A DNA stretch of 64,000 nt from Planctomycetota bacterium (lineage in GTDB: Bacteria > Planctomycetota > B15-G4). The notes below the pieces were generated by a model, which ran no database searches, had not been told where the DNA came from, and saw only the letters and a program-made list of their open reading frames with translations. The position numbers and the translations under genes were made by a program. Where the stretch lies: the NCBI GenBank assembly GCA_965248575.1, contig CBDFJQ010000002.1:2752001-2816000 (forward strand), in the 5' to 3' direction. The stretch's first letter is position 1, and each line of letters begins with the position of its first letter. Shown in pieces: positions 11,201-18,742 of this stretch.

Positions 11201-11914
11201 GTCCACGAATTGGATCGTGATGGGCATGGGCGCACCGCCTGCCGTCTCAGCAGCCGCGCGCACGGAGGGCGCCATGCGGAAGGCAGGCTCCCAGGCACCC
11301 ACGTGTTGCACGGCAGGGTGTGTGCGCCCGAAGGCCGACAGAGCCTGCACCGCGTCGCCCGTGGCGCGCACGACGTAGGCGTTCATGGGCATGGGCTGCA
11401 GGCGCTGCGCACCCGTGGCGTCCAGCTCGGCCAGCCAGCTGTCCTGGATGGGTGCTTCGAACTTCAACAAGTACAGGCCGACACCCTGCAGCAGCGAGCC
11501 GTCGTCCATTGCGGGAAAGCGTTCGGCCGGGTGCAGCTTGGCCAGGGTGGGCTGCGGGTTGCGGCCGTCGAGCAGATAGCCGCTGGCGGGCAGCAGGTCG
11601 AACTCGTCGCGCACGGGGTAGTTACCCGCCTGCAGTTGGTCAGGGCCGAGGCCTTGCACGACGAAGACCTGGAAGGAGTCGTAGTCCCAGGTGCGCAGCA
11701 CGGCACCGGTGCTCTGCAGGCTCGCGATGCGGGCATCGCCGGACGGCAGCAGCACTGTGTGCGTTTCGCCGCTGCGTACCCAGCGATCGGGCAGGGCTTC
11801 CAACGTGGAGCCAGCGGCCAGAGGTCCAACAACCAAGGACTGCGCGCTCGCGGCCAGGGGCAGGCCGAACAACACGAACAAAACGAGGGTGCACCCGAGA
11901 CGGATCACGGCCAT
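5249..11914 (-). CDS. Secreted S8 subtilase (KP-43-like) with 12 PKD domains and two copies of a ~195-aa jelly-roll/CBM-like domain
   Basis: Signal peptide and propeptide. Catalytic motifs VVDDS, GHGFLNAHIVAG, AAGNDG, GTSHSTP. KP-43-type C-domain RVTLAWTDAPG..VNDLDL. PKD repeats WxWxFGD...NPSHTYTxxGTYTVTLT. Confidence 0.9.
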   Translation of the reverse strand: MAVIRLGCTLVLFVLFGLPLAASAQSLVVGPLAAGSTLEALPDRWVRSGETHTVLLPSGDARIASLQSTGAVLRTWDYDSFQVFVVQGLGPDQLQAGNYPVRDEFDLLPASGYLLDGRNPQPTLAKLHPAERFPAMDDGSLLQGVGLYLLKFEAPIQDSWLAELDATGAQRLQPMPMNAYVVRATGDAVQALSAFGRTHPAVQHVGAWEPAFRMAPSVRAAAETAGGAPMPITIQFVDGPSVREAVSMMTSFASEVSHSSRVGPYVNLAVKLDPALFRTLASWPEVFAIEPRGTPAKNDERQGQIVSGNISGTNPSGPGYLSWLAGEGFNSSQFGSFSVNVVDDSVSLTGHPDLANARVDFSLNPTSQGSTEGGHGFLNAHIVAGLNSSTGGTVEDAQGYNYGLGIAPWAHVGSTAIFGPSGASITSWENSAYNLGARISSNSWSFIDGAQNPIPDYDSNSQEVDGLVRDARSGQSGNQEYTILFAAGNDGPGANTVSTPSTGKNIITVGASENVRQTGTDGCGVGNSGADDLTDMISFSSHGPINSTGGDGRIKPEIVAPGTHIQAGVPQSNYGGTSVCNAFWPAGSSLYGWSSGTSHSTPAVAGGAALVRQDFLNNGMSAPSPAMIKAVLMNSARYMTGAFANDTLPSNVQGMGLMDLDRAFDATTRMLVDQSVVLGSTGATHVVLGQVADPGQPFRVTLAWTDAPGPTTGAPWVNDLDLQLSVGGNTYRGNVFSGANSITGGSADFRNNAESVFLPAGTSGNFTVTVSAASISGNGLPGNADGTDQDFALLVYNAGAPGGGPIAAFNGTPTSGLTPLNVNFTDLSSGSPDTWAWTFGDGGVSSAQNPSNTYTSAGTYTVSLMVSGPSGSDTNTKVGYITVNDPPPAGISDGSFESQTAGTTPTTPWSVSFGSGHVVNPTGVSSDNGMPTDGSQWGEIAGDSTNGATPPSNPGGITTPPIGGAGIEQSFTYPAGNTLLKFSAAFLRNEDPNQAVYNDWMSVELTDGSSTYNVFYKDTFSPTSGTSAKWGYAMTPLEEVVVDLTSLFPSSTTATSFTLTASTGNGDDDFQDSKGYLDDLRLEPPAGGPVAEFSGVPTSGTAPLLVNFSDLSTGGPVTSWVWAFGDSTFSTQQNPSHTYTAAGTYTVTLTATGPGGSDGETKTAYITVNEPAPVAEFSGTPVSGTLPLLVNFSDLSSGGPVTSWAWNFGDTATSTAQNPSHTYTTAGTYTVTLTATGPGGSDGETKVAYITVNEPAPVAEFSGSPTSGTLPLLVNFGDLSSGGPVTSWAWSFGDTGTSTAQDPSHTYTTPGIYTVTLTATGPGGSDGETKVAYITVNEPAPVAEFSGSPTSGTLPLLVNFSDLSSGGPVTSWVWNFGDTATSTAQNPSHTYTAAGTYTVTLTATGPGGSDGETKVAYITVNEPAPVAEFSGSPTSGTLPLLVNFSDLSSGGPVTSWVWNFGDTATSTAQNPSHTYTAAGTYTVTLTATGPGGSDGETKVAYITVNEPAPVAEFSGSPTSGTLPLLVNFSDLSSGGPVTSWVWNFGDTATSTAQNPSHTYTAAGTYTVTLTATGPGGSDGETKVAYITVNEPAPVAEFSGSPTSGTLPLLVNFSDLSSGGPVTSWVWNFGDTATSTAQNPSHTYTAAGTYTVTLTATGPGGSDGETKVAYIAVNEPAPIAEFSGTPTSGISPLLVNFNDLSSGGPVTSWAWNFGDTGTSTAQDPSHTYTTPGIYTVTLTATGPGGSDGETKVAYITVSDLAPVADFSGTPTSGTMPLLVNFSDASTGGPVTSWAWDFGDTGSSTAQNPSHTYTAAGTYTVTLTATGPGGSDGETKVAYITVNEPAPVAGFSATPLSGTTPLLVDFTDLSSGGPVTSWAWDFGDTNSSTAQNPSNTYTAAGTYTVTLTATGPGGSDGETKVAYISVGELPPVAAFTGTPPTGTAPVVVDFMDQSTGGPSASWLWDFGDGKTSTEQDPSHIYTSPGTYDVSLTVSGPGGADLATELDFVQVKNPKRPLVDGSFEGQAPGLAPSGVWTVLAGGAHVVQPSGLGSDGAMPTAGDQWLELAADGSDAATPPSNPGGAGSLPLGGNSVGQAFSYPLGRHRLSFDAAYLRSGAANSAAANDWMSVDITDGTTTRNLFYADSFSATPNTSGVHGLPMTDVSTIEANLKGLFPASNTKTVFTILLSVGNGGDAANPSKGYVDRVQLDPYRKQAAEGTLTLQ
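6936..7927. repeat. About four near-identical 252-bp tandem units (PKD domains) inside the subtilase gene
   Basis: Near-identical 70-aa antisense ORFs at 7011, 7263, 7515 and 7767 (252-bp period). The only difference I saw inside the interval is a synonymous change at 7586. Confidence 0.9.
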
Positions 11915-12014
11915 GGGAGAGGCTTCTGGACGGAGAGGGAGAGAGTCGCCGCACGGGGTCAGGAGACGACGCGGCGCGAGCCAAAGGGTACAGGCAAGCG
12001 GAGATTCCCGCTGC

Positions 12015-12806
12015 CTACAAGGCCTGCCACGTAGGCTTCCCCTCGAAAGCCTGCCGATAGTAGTCGGTGTGGCGCAGCTCGCTGGCCGCAGCCTCGTCCA
12101 GCAGCACCGTCGCGTGAGGGTGCAGCTGCAAGGCCGAAGCCGGGACGAGGGCCGCCAAGGGCCCCTCGACGGCGAGCGCTACGGGCGCCGCCTTCGCCGC
12201 ACCGGTCGCCAGCAGCAGCACGTGGCGGGCGTCGAGCACGGTGGCGATACCCTGCGTCATGACGTGACGCGGGACATCGACCAGGCCGCCCTCGAAGAAG
12301 CGGGCGTTGTCCCGGCGGGTGTCCGCCGTGAGCGTCTTGATGCGTGTGCGCGACGCGAGGGAGGACATGGGCTCGTTGAAGCCGATGTGCCCGTCGCCTC
12401 CGATGCCGAGCAGCTGCAGGTCCACGCCGCCCGCTTCGTGCAAGGTGGCCTCGTAGTCCCGGGCTGCCTGGGTCAGGGCTTCGCCCGCGCACGCGGTCTC
12501 GGGCCCACGCAGCTTCGCGGGGTCGAGGTCCGTGTGCTCGACCAGCTCATGCAGCAAGAAGGAGCGGTAGGACGCCGGATGCTCGGGGGGCAAACCCACG
12601 TACTCATCCAGCAGGAAGGCCCGGGCGGCGGCGAAACTCAGCCCCTCGTCCCGGTGCCGTCGGGCCAGTTCGGCATAGAGCGGCCGGGGCGTGCCGCCCG
12701 TTGCCAAGCCCAACACCGGCTCGTCGACCGTGGTGAGCGTCCGTTCGACCACGTCCGCCGCCACACGGCCCACAGCCTCAACGGAGGGGAGAATCACGAC
12801 TTCCAT
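12015..12806 (-). CDS. nagB: Glucosamine-6-phosphate deaminase
   Basis: VLGLATGGTP, LDEYVGL, LQLLGIGGDGHIGFNEP, PASALQLH motifs. Confidence 0.95.
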   Translation of the reverse strand: MEVVILPSVEAVGRVAADVVERTLTTVDEPVLGLATGGTPRPLYAELARRHRDEGLSFAAARAFLLDEYVGLPPEHPASYRSFLLHELVEHTDLDPAKLRGPETACAGEALTQAARDYEATLHEAGGVDLQLLGIGGDGHIGFNEPMSSLASRTRIKTLTADTRRDNARFFEGGLVDVPRHVMTQGIATVLDARHVLLLATGAAKAAPVALAVEGPLAALVPASALQLHPHATVLLDEAAASELRHTDYYRQAFEGKPTWQAL

Positions 12807-12851
12807 GGGACGGACGTACCGCTGCAGAAGAGGCGTTGGGGCGGGCTCTGG

Positions 12852-14000
12852 TCAACCGTCGGTCACGGTAGCATCCACGCTCTCGCCGCCGATGGCTGCG
12901 TCGTCTTCGTCGGGCTGATCCACCTCTTTGGCCTGCACCAGATCGGAGAGACGCATTCCGATGCTCCCGGCCTTCCAACTCGGAAGAACGTAGGTCCACT
13001 TGCTGAGGCGGGCGTTGAGGTCGGCCACTTCGGCAGCGATCTCGGCCGGGTCGCGCGGCTCGTCGGTTGGTGCCGGCTCCAGCGACGGGCCCTCCGTCTC
13101 GGAGGTTGCACTGTCATCCGGCAGGGCCCCGGCCGCGAAGCGCGCGACGGTCTTGCCGTCGATACTCGCCGACTTGAGGGTCAGCGCCACGCCGTCGTTC
13201 GTCTCGAAGCGGGTGTTGGTCCACTCCGGCGCCGCGGCCTGCACCGTCTCCTCGGGCATGACCGACTCCAACATCAGTCGGCTCAACACCCGGGCCAGGG
13301 GGGCGAGGGAGTTGGGCAGCAGCTCCTGTTCGTCGGTCATCTCTTCCAGCGACCAGGGGCCGTCGGATTCGCCGGCCTCGCGCCCCAGGGTCACGGTCTC
13401 CCCGTCGGGATGCTCGATGAGCACGCGCTGCATGCGCGCGTCCGTCATGTCCACGAGGTCGGTGGTGACGAAGCGGCTGGCGAGGGGCCCCGGGGCCAGC
13501 CGGCCCTTGGCCAACCAGGTCTGGGGCTCGCCGTAGCGGCGCACGTAGACGGCGTCGCGCCCCTTCTGCCGGCCCACCACGACATCTGCGAGCCGCTCGC
13601 CGGAGGCCGTGAGCTGCACGCGCACCGAGCTGTGGTCGGGGCCCGGGTCTCTCAGCCCCAGCGCCTCCCAGCGGTCCGGACGCTTGGTCTTGGGCTCCAG
13701 GAGCACCAGCTGCTCCACCCCCACCACCAGCTCTTTCACCTTGCTGAAGTCGGCGGGGAAGAAGCCCCACTCCTGCACGAACCACTCGCCGCCCAACCTC
13801 TGCAGGGTGAACGGCCCGCTGTCGCCTTCGACGATGACCTGGTCGACATCGTTGAGACCCGCTGTGAGCGCTGGCACCAACGCTTCGCCCACACCCTCGG
13901 GCGCGGGCTGTTCGTCATCGCCACCGGCCAGGAGCCACAGCGCCGCGCCAGCGGCCAACAGAGTCAGGAGCAGCAACACTCGGGAACTGGACGTCTTCAT
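12852..14000 (-). CDS. DUF4340-like extracytoplasmic protein
   Basis: N-terminal anchor (MKTSSSRVLLLLTLL); GFFPAD, LGL, VVVG..VYVRR..QTWL pattern; last gene of a GldA/F/G-like operon. Confidence 0.75.
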   Translation of the reverse strand: MKTSSSRVLLLLTLLAAGAALWLLAGGDDEQPAPEGVGEALVPALTAGLNDVDQVIVEGDSGPFTLQRLGGEWFVQEWGFFPADFSKVKELVVGVEQLVLLEPKTKRPDRWEALGLRDPGPDHSSVRVQLTASGERLADVVVGRQKGRDAVYVRRYGEPQTWLAKGRLAPGPLASRFVTTDLVDMTDARMQRVLIEHPDGETVTLGREAGESDGPWSLEEMTDEQELLPNSLAPLARVLSRLMLESVMPEETVQAAAPEWTNTRFETNDGVALTLKSASIDGKTVARFAAGALPDDSATSETEGPSLEPAPTDEPRDPAEIAAEVADLNARLSKWTYVLPSWKAGSIGMRLSDLVQAKEVDQPDEDDAAIGGESVDATVTDG

Positions 14001-14017
14001 GTGGATCTCCTCCTCTC

Positions 14018-15904
14018 TCAGCTCATCTTCCAACGGGCGAGCGCCGCCATCAGCACCAACAAGGGGATGCCGAAGATGTTCAGGAACTCGAGCCAGCCCT
14101 GGAGGCCCTCGATGTCCTTGCCCAACTCGTGCTTCACCGCGCGCAATTTCTTGCGAGTCTCCAGCTGCTTGTCGCGGAAGGTCTCGATCTCTGCGGCCTG
14201 CTCAGGGGTCACGAACATCGAGCTGCCGTCGGCGCGCTGGCTCTGAAGTTCGTCGAGCCTGCGGTTGGTTTCGGCCAGATCGCTCTGCAACTTCTGCTGC
14301 TCTGCGAGGAAGCGTTGCTCGGCCACGTCCTGCAGCTCGTCGATGACGGTGAAGCGCCGTTGGAAGCTGCCCCGGCTGCGCACACCCACCAGGTCCGTGC
14401 TGCCCGCCAGGCTGTCCAGGACGTTCAGGGCGAAGTCTGCGTTGTCGGCGCTGGGCGTCGGGATGCGCATGTCGAACATCTGCCGGAAGCTCACCCACCA
14501 GGTGTCCGCGAGCATGTCGGCATCGGCCACGATGACGACGTGAACCTCGTCGGATTCCAGGAGCTGGCCGGGCGCAGCGCCAGCGCCGTCGTCGGCACTG
14601 GCTTCAGAGCCTGCCGTTGGCAGACCGTCCGGGAACGCCGTCTTGGCCGGGCCGATGACCCGGGCTGCGAGGGTCCGTTGCACGTCGTCCGGGCGGAAGC
14701 TCGTCTGCAACCGCTTCGGGTCCGGCCGGAAGCCCAGCTGCTGGGAGCTGATCTCCATGGACACGCTACTCGAACTTACCAGCGGTTCGAAGCGGGTGCT
14801 GGCACCCTCCACCGGGCGCAGGGCTCCGGCCGCAGGAATGCGCAGCACCGCCAGGCCCGCCGTAACCGGGTCCTCGCGATCGAGCGACTCACCTTGCACC
14901 TCGAGCCAAGCCACATAGTCCACGGGTTGGCCGTCGGCCCCCATCACGCGCAAGGCCGACTGCCGGTCCGCCACCACCACGGAAGCATCGAAGCTCACGC
15001 CCCAGGCCTCCAGCAGCAGGCCGAGGTCGCTGCCCCGGGGGTAGCCCATGCCCGCCATGGGGTTGCGCGGGTCTTGCGGCGGCCGGTCCTCCTCCGCGAA
15101 AGGATCCACCATCACCAAGGCCTTGCCGCCGCCCAGCACGAACTGGTCGATGGCGTAGAGCGTGGTCTCCGGCAGCTGCTTGGGGTGCACCAGCATGAGC
15201 ACATCGATGTCCGCGCCGATGGCGTCCGCGTACGGGTCCACCATCTGCACGTCGAAGGTCTCGCGGATGATCTCGAACACGAACCAGCCCGGCTGCGGCG
15301 GCGGCGCGCCAGGAAAGTTCTGGCTGGGGATGCCCATCACCGGCAGGGTCGAGAGCACACCCACCGTGGGCCGCTCCGGGTACTGCATCTGGTAGACGAG
15401 CTTCGCCAGGTTGTATTCGAGGAACTGCTCGTCGCTGGGGTCGAAGAAGGGGATCGCCCCGCGCTGGTCGGTGCTGTTCTCGACCACGAGCCCCATGTAG
15501 GCCAGGTCGCCAGCCGCCGTGACCGGCACGCCGCGCATGCCTGACTGCACTGCGTCGTCCTCGGCATCCGAGAAGGGCTCGGGCTCGATGACCTGCAGCC
15601 GCATGCCGTCGCCAGCCACGCCCGCGAACTCCTCGAGCACCTCACGCACGCGATCGCCGTAGATCTTGAGCGGCGCCAGCTCCGAGCCCAGCAGCAGTGT
15701 GGGGCTGTAGAAGTACTTCACCGAGAGGGGCTCGTCCTCGTCCAGGGCCTTGAGGATGTTCCGGCTGCCCTGGGTCAGGGTGTAGAGGCTGTTCTCAGTG
15801 AGGTCCAAGCGCGCGGACTTGAGGCCGGCACCCGCCAGCAAGTGCACGGACAAGAAGAGCACCACGACGACCACGACACCTTTGGTGGAAAGCAGGTCTT
15901 TCAT
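14018..15904 (-). CDS. GldG-family ABC transporter auxiliary protein
   Basis: RLDLTENSLYTLTQGS, EPEPFSDAEDDA, LEYNLAKLV, LYAIDQFVLGGGKALVMVDP, VIVADADML, NADF; C-terminal coiled coil and TM helix. Confidence 0.9.
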   Translation of the reverse strand: MKDLLSTKGVVVVVVLFLSVHLLAGAGLKSARLDLTENSLYTLTQGSRNILKALDEDEPLSVKYFYSPTLLLGSELAPLKIYGDRVREVLEEFAGVAGDGMRLQVIEPEPFSDAEDDAVQSGMRGVPVTAAGDLAYMGLVVENSTDQRGAIPFFDPSDEQFLEYNLAKLVYQMQYPERPTVGVLSTLPVMGIPSQNFPGAPPPQPGWFVFEIIRETFDVQMVDPYADAIGADIDVLMLVHPKQLPETTLYAIDQFVLGGGKALVMVDPFAEEDRPPQDPRNPMAGMGYPRGSDLGLLLEAWGVSFDASVVVADRQSALRVMGADGQPVDYVAWLEVQGESLDREDPVTAGLAVLRIPAAGALRPVEGASTRFEPLVSSSSVSMEISSQQLGFRPDPKRLQTSFRPDDVQRTLAARVIGPAKTAFPDGLPTAGSEASADDGAGAAPGQLLESDEVHVVIVADADMLADTWWVSFRQMFDMRIPTPSADNADFALNVLDSLAGSTDLVGVRSRGSFQRRFTVIDELQDVAEQRFLAEQQKLQSDLAETNRRLDELQSQRADGSSMFVTPEQAAEIETFRDKQLETRKKLRAVKHELGKDIEGLQGWLEFLNIFGIPLLVLMAALARWKMS

Positions 15905-15905
15905 C

Positions 15906-16646
15906 TCAGTTGGCCTTCCTGCGGTCGATGACCACGGCGTTGGCGAAGAGCCAGAGCGCCATGAAACTCAAGAAGAACAGCACGTCCCGGGCGTCGACCA
16001 CACCCCGGATGATGGCTTGGAAATGGGAATAGAAGCTGAGGGAGGCCACCGTCTCCACCACCGCGCTGGGCACGGCGTCGGGCAGGGCGTCCAGCACCGT
16101 GGGCCAGCCCGCCATGGTGAAGCCCAGCAACACCATGACGCTCACCACGAAGGCGATGACCTGGTTGCGGGTGAAGGCCGAGATGCAGGCCCCCACCGCC
16201 AGGTAGGCCCCGGCCATGAGCAGGCTGCCCAGGTAGCCGGCGAGGATCACGCCGTTGTCCGGCTCGCCCAGGTAGTTGACGGTGATCCAGACCGGCAGCG
16301 TCCCCAGCAGGGCGATGGCCGTGAAGGCCCAGGCCGCCAGGAACTTGCCCACCACCGCCTGCCCCATGGAGATGGGCAGGGTCATGAGCATCTCGATGGT
16401 GCCGGTGTTGCGCTCTTCGGCCCACAGGCGCATGGATATGGCAGGCACCAGCAACATGTACAGCCACGGGTGGAAGCTGAAGAAGGACACGAGGTCCGCC
16501 TGGTTGCGCCCGAAGAAGTTGCCGAGGTCGCTGCTGAAGGTGAACGTCCCCGTGAGCAGTAGGAAGATCATGATGAAGACGTAGGCGACGGGGGTGGAGA
16601 AGTAGCCCTTCAACTCCCGGCGCACGATGGCTGCGGTGACACTCAT
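15906..16646 (-). CDS. ABC-2 type permease, GldF-like
   Basis: RELKGYFSTPVAYVF...PAISMRLWAEERNTGTIEMLMTLP...GKFLA; about 6 TM helices. Confidence 0.92.
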   Translation of the reverse strand: MSVTAAIVRRELKGYFSTPVAYVFIMIFLLLTGTFTFSSDLGNFFGRNQADLVSFFSFHPWLYMLLVPAISMRLWAEERNTGTIEMLMTLPISMGQAVVGKFLAAWAFTAIALLGTLPVWITVNYLGEPDNGVILAGYLGSLLMAGAYLAVGACISAFTRNQVIAFVVSVMVLLGFTMAGWPTVLDALPDAVPSAVVETVASLSFYSHFQAIIRGVVDARDVLFFLSFMALWLFANAVVIDRRKAN

Positions 16647-17608
16647 GAGGCGGCCTTTTCGTTCGTCGTGATCTCGCGGAAGACTTCGTCGAGCCCGCTG
16701 GCTTCGCGGCTCAGTTCGACGAGGGACCAGGCTGAGTTCTGGATGTGGGCGCCCACGGTTTCGCGCAGGTCGGCGCCGTCCCTGGTCCAGAGGCGGTAGC
16801 TGTACTGCTTGGCGTCGGCAGGCACCGCTTCGATGCGCTGGACGCCGGGGATGGACGAGAGGGACGCCTCGAGGGCGGTGTCCGGGGCCGGGGCCGTCGC
16901 GCGCACGGAAACCCGCAAGGCCATGCCGCCCCAGGTGTGCTGGTGCAGTTCGTCCGGGGTGCCGTCGGCCTTGAGCTCGCCGTTGGCGATGATGATGGCC
17001 CGGCTGCAGACCGCGTCCACCTCCTCCAGGATGTGCGTGGACAGGATGATCACCTTGTCCTTGCCCATCTCCCGGATCAGGGAGCGCACCTCGTGCTTCT
17101 GGTTGGGGTCGAGGCCGTCAGTGGGCTCATCGAGGATCAGCACCGACGGGTCGTGGAGGATCGCCTGGGCGATGCCCACCCGGCGCTTGTAGCCCTTGGA
17201 CAGGGTCTCGATGCGCTGGTTCACCACGCCGCCCAGCTGGGCCAGGCCCACGGCTCGGTCCACGGCGCCAGCTGCCGTGCTGCCGGTCATGCCGCGCACT
17301 GAGGCCACGAACTCCAGGAAGCCTCGGGGCGTCATCTCCCCATAAGAGGGGGCGCCTTCGGGCAGGTAGCCCATGGCGCGCTTCACCTCCAGGGGTGCGG
17401 TGCGGACGTCGTGCCCACAGACCGTGGCGGTGCCGCTGGTAGGCGTCAGAAAGCCCGCCAGCATCTTCATGGTGGTGGACTTGCCCGCGCCGTTGGGGCC
17501 CAGGAAGCCCAGGACTTCGCCCTGTTCGACCGTGAAGGAAATGTCCTTCACCGCCTGGAGGGCGCCGAAGGACTTGGAGAGATGAGAGATCTCAACCCGC
17601 ACCGACAT
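16643..17608 (-). CDS. ABC transporter ATP-binding protein, GldA-like
   Basis: GPNGAGKST, LSKGYKRR, LILDEPTDGLDPNQ, STH. Start set at MSVRVEISHL (17608); ATGA overlap with the permease. Confidence 0.95.
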   Translation of the reverse strand: MSVRVEISHLSKSFGALQAVKDISFTVEQGEVLGFLGPNGAGKSTTMKMLAGFLTPTSGTATVCGHDVRTAPLEVKRAMGYLPEGAPSYGEMTPRGFLEFVASVRGMTGSTAAGAVDRAVGLAQLGGVVNQRIETLSKGYKRRVGIAQAILHDPSVLILDEPTDGLDPNQKHEVRSLIREMGKDKVIILSTHILEEVDAVCSRAIIIANGELKADGTPDELHQHTWGGMALRVSVRATAPAPDTALEASLSSIPGVQRIEAVPADAKQYSYRLWTRDGADLRETVGAHIQNSAWSLVELSREASGLDEVFREITTNEKAAS

Positions 17609-18044
17609 GAGACGTGTCTTCCGATTAGGTTGCGATAGATGGAGTTGGACCGATCGATGGATCCGCCCGAGCAAACGATGGGACCACGAGAAACCCGCGA
17701 ATCTCGCAAAGATCTAGCGGGAATCCCTCCAAGGCCGTCGCCGGATACCGAGTATCCCGGCCCGTAAGCACCGGGATACGCAGATCGCGTAGAGGGTGTG
17801 GGAGAATACTGATCGGAGGGTGAAGGGGTAAGTGGGAACTGCGCGCTCGGGGCACCCGCAGCGTCCAGCCCCAACCAGCGTCCCCGCCGCCAATTTGGAC
17901 CAGGACGCCAGCGACGAGTGCCCTACTTCTAGTCCGGTGCCAGCTGGCTGAGAGTGACCAGATACTCCGCCAAACTCAGCGCCTTCGCACAAGGCTCGGC
18001 ACTGATCGTCGCCGCCTCGGCTTCCGTGCCATCGACCAAACTGA

Positions 18045-18059
18045 CCCTCTCAGGGTGTC
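18045..18059. repeat. Left copy of a 15-bp inverted repeat CCCTCTCAGGGTGTC (partner at 23801-23815)
   Basis: Exact reverse complement of GACACCCTGAGAGGG at 23801-23815. Confidence 0.6.
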
Positions 18060-18092
18060 AACCCTTGTGAGAAAACGGTCATCAATACAATT

Positions 18093-18656
18093 TCAAAGCA
18101 GATCCCACCTAAAGGTTACAGAGGAGCTCCCTCTGCTTTCTAATATTAAAAGCTTGACCCACAGTACCCCGCCAACATCCACCTCACCAACAGGCCGCGC
18201 AATGTTCTTGATCCTAAGCACGCACACGTCACCAGCGCTGACGGCGGAGGATTCTGAACTTTCGCTGAACCTCAGCTCCACATTTCCGGACGAATCAGAG
18301 CCAAAGGCCACCTCGTCACGCGATTCAGATATCTGCAAATAGTGATACAGAGAACCGTTGGCATTCCGCAGCTCACCCAGATTCAAGATTGTCCCTACAG
18401 AACCGCCAGAACCCACCACAGAGAGTTCTCCTGGATACCATTTTCCAAATTCCAATTCTGGACCCAACCCCCGAAGCTCCCCGTCCTCCACAACGCCACC
18501 ATGTCGCTCGGAGCTAAACGAATACGTATTACACAATTCATCTACCGCATACAAGGTAACTACACCCGAAAGCGGATCACCGTCCAGCCCATAGTCGTGC
18601 AAACAAAGCGCAGTAGCGAACGACCCAAGTAAAAACAGCGTGCGCAAGACTTTCAT
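18093..18656 (-). CDS. Hypothetical exported protein (beta-rich)
   Basis: Signal-peptide-like MKVLRTLFLLGSFATA; lower GC; follows the Gly-rich gene on the same strand. Confidence 0.65.
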   Translation of the reverse strand: MKVLRTLFLLGSFATALCLHDYGLDGDPLSGVVTLYAVDELCNTYSFSSERHGGVVEDGELRGLGPELEFGKWYPGELSVVGSGGSVGTILNLGELRNANGSLYHYLQISESRDEVAFGSDSSGNVELRFSESSESSAVSAGDVCVLRIKNIARPVGEVDVGGVLWVKLLILESRGSSSVTFRWDLL

Positions 18657-18677
18657 GTCAAGCCCTTTAAATAGGTC

Positions 18678-18720
18678 ATGAAATGGCAGGGAAGGCAACT
18701 CGCCCTTCCTGCCATTTCAT
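18678..18720 (-). terminator. Strong stem-loop between the Gly-rich gene and the downstream gene (terminator or mRNA-stability hairpin)
   Basis: ATGAAATGGCAGG...CCTGCCATTTCAT gives 13 perfect bp plus GAAGG/CCTTC. No long U tract. Confidence 0.6.
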
Positions 18721-18742
18721 GGTGAAAGGAAAAATGAAATCA

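Noticed and set aside
4325..14246. Long plus-strand ORFs (4325..6814, 9164..12034, 11691..14246) and many similar ones elsewhere
   Set aside because: Antisense shadows of well-supported minus-strand genes, expected in high-GC DNA; no recognisable motifs.
265..17608. Gliding motility or T9SS locus
   Set aside because: Only GldA/F/G-like ABC parts are present and no motor or translocon genes, so gld symbols were withheld.
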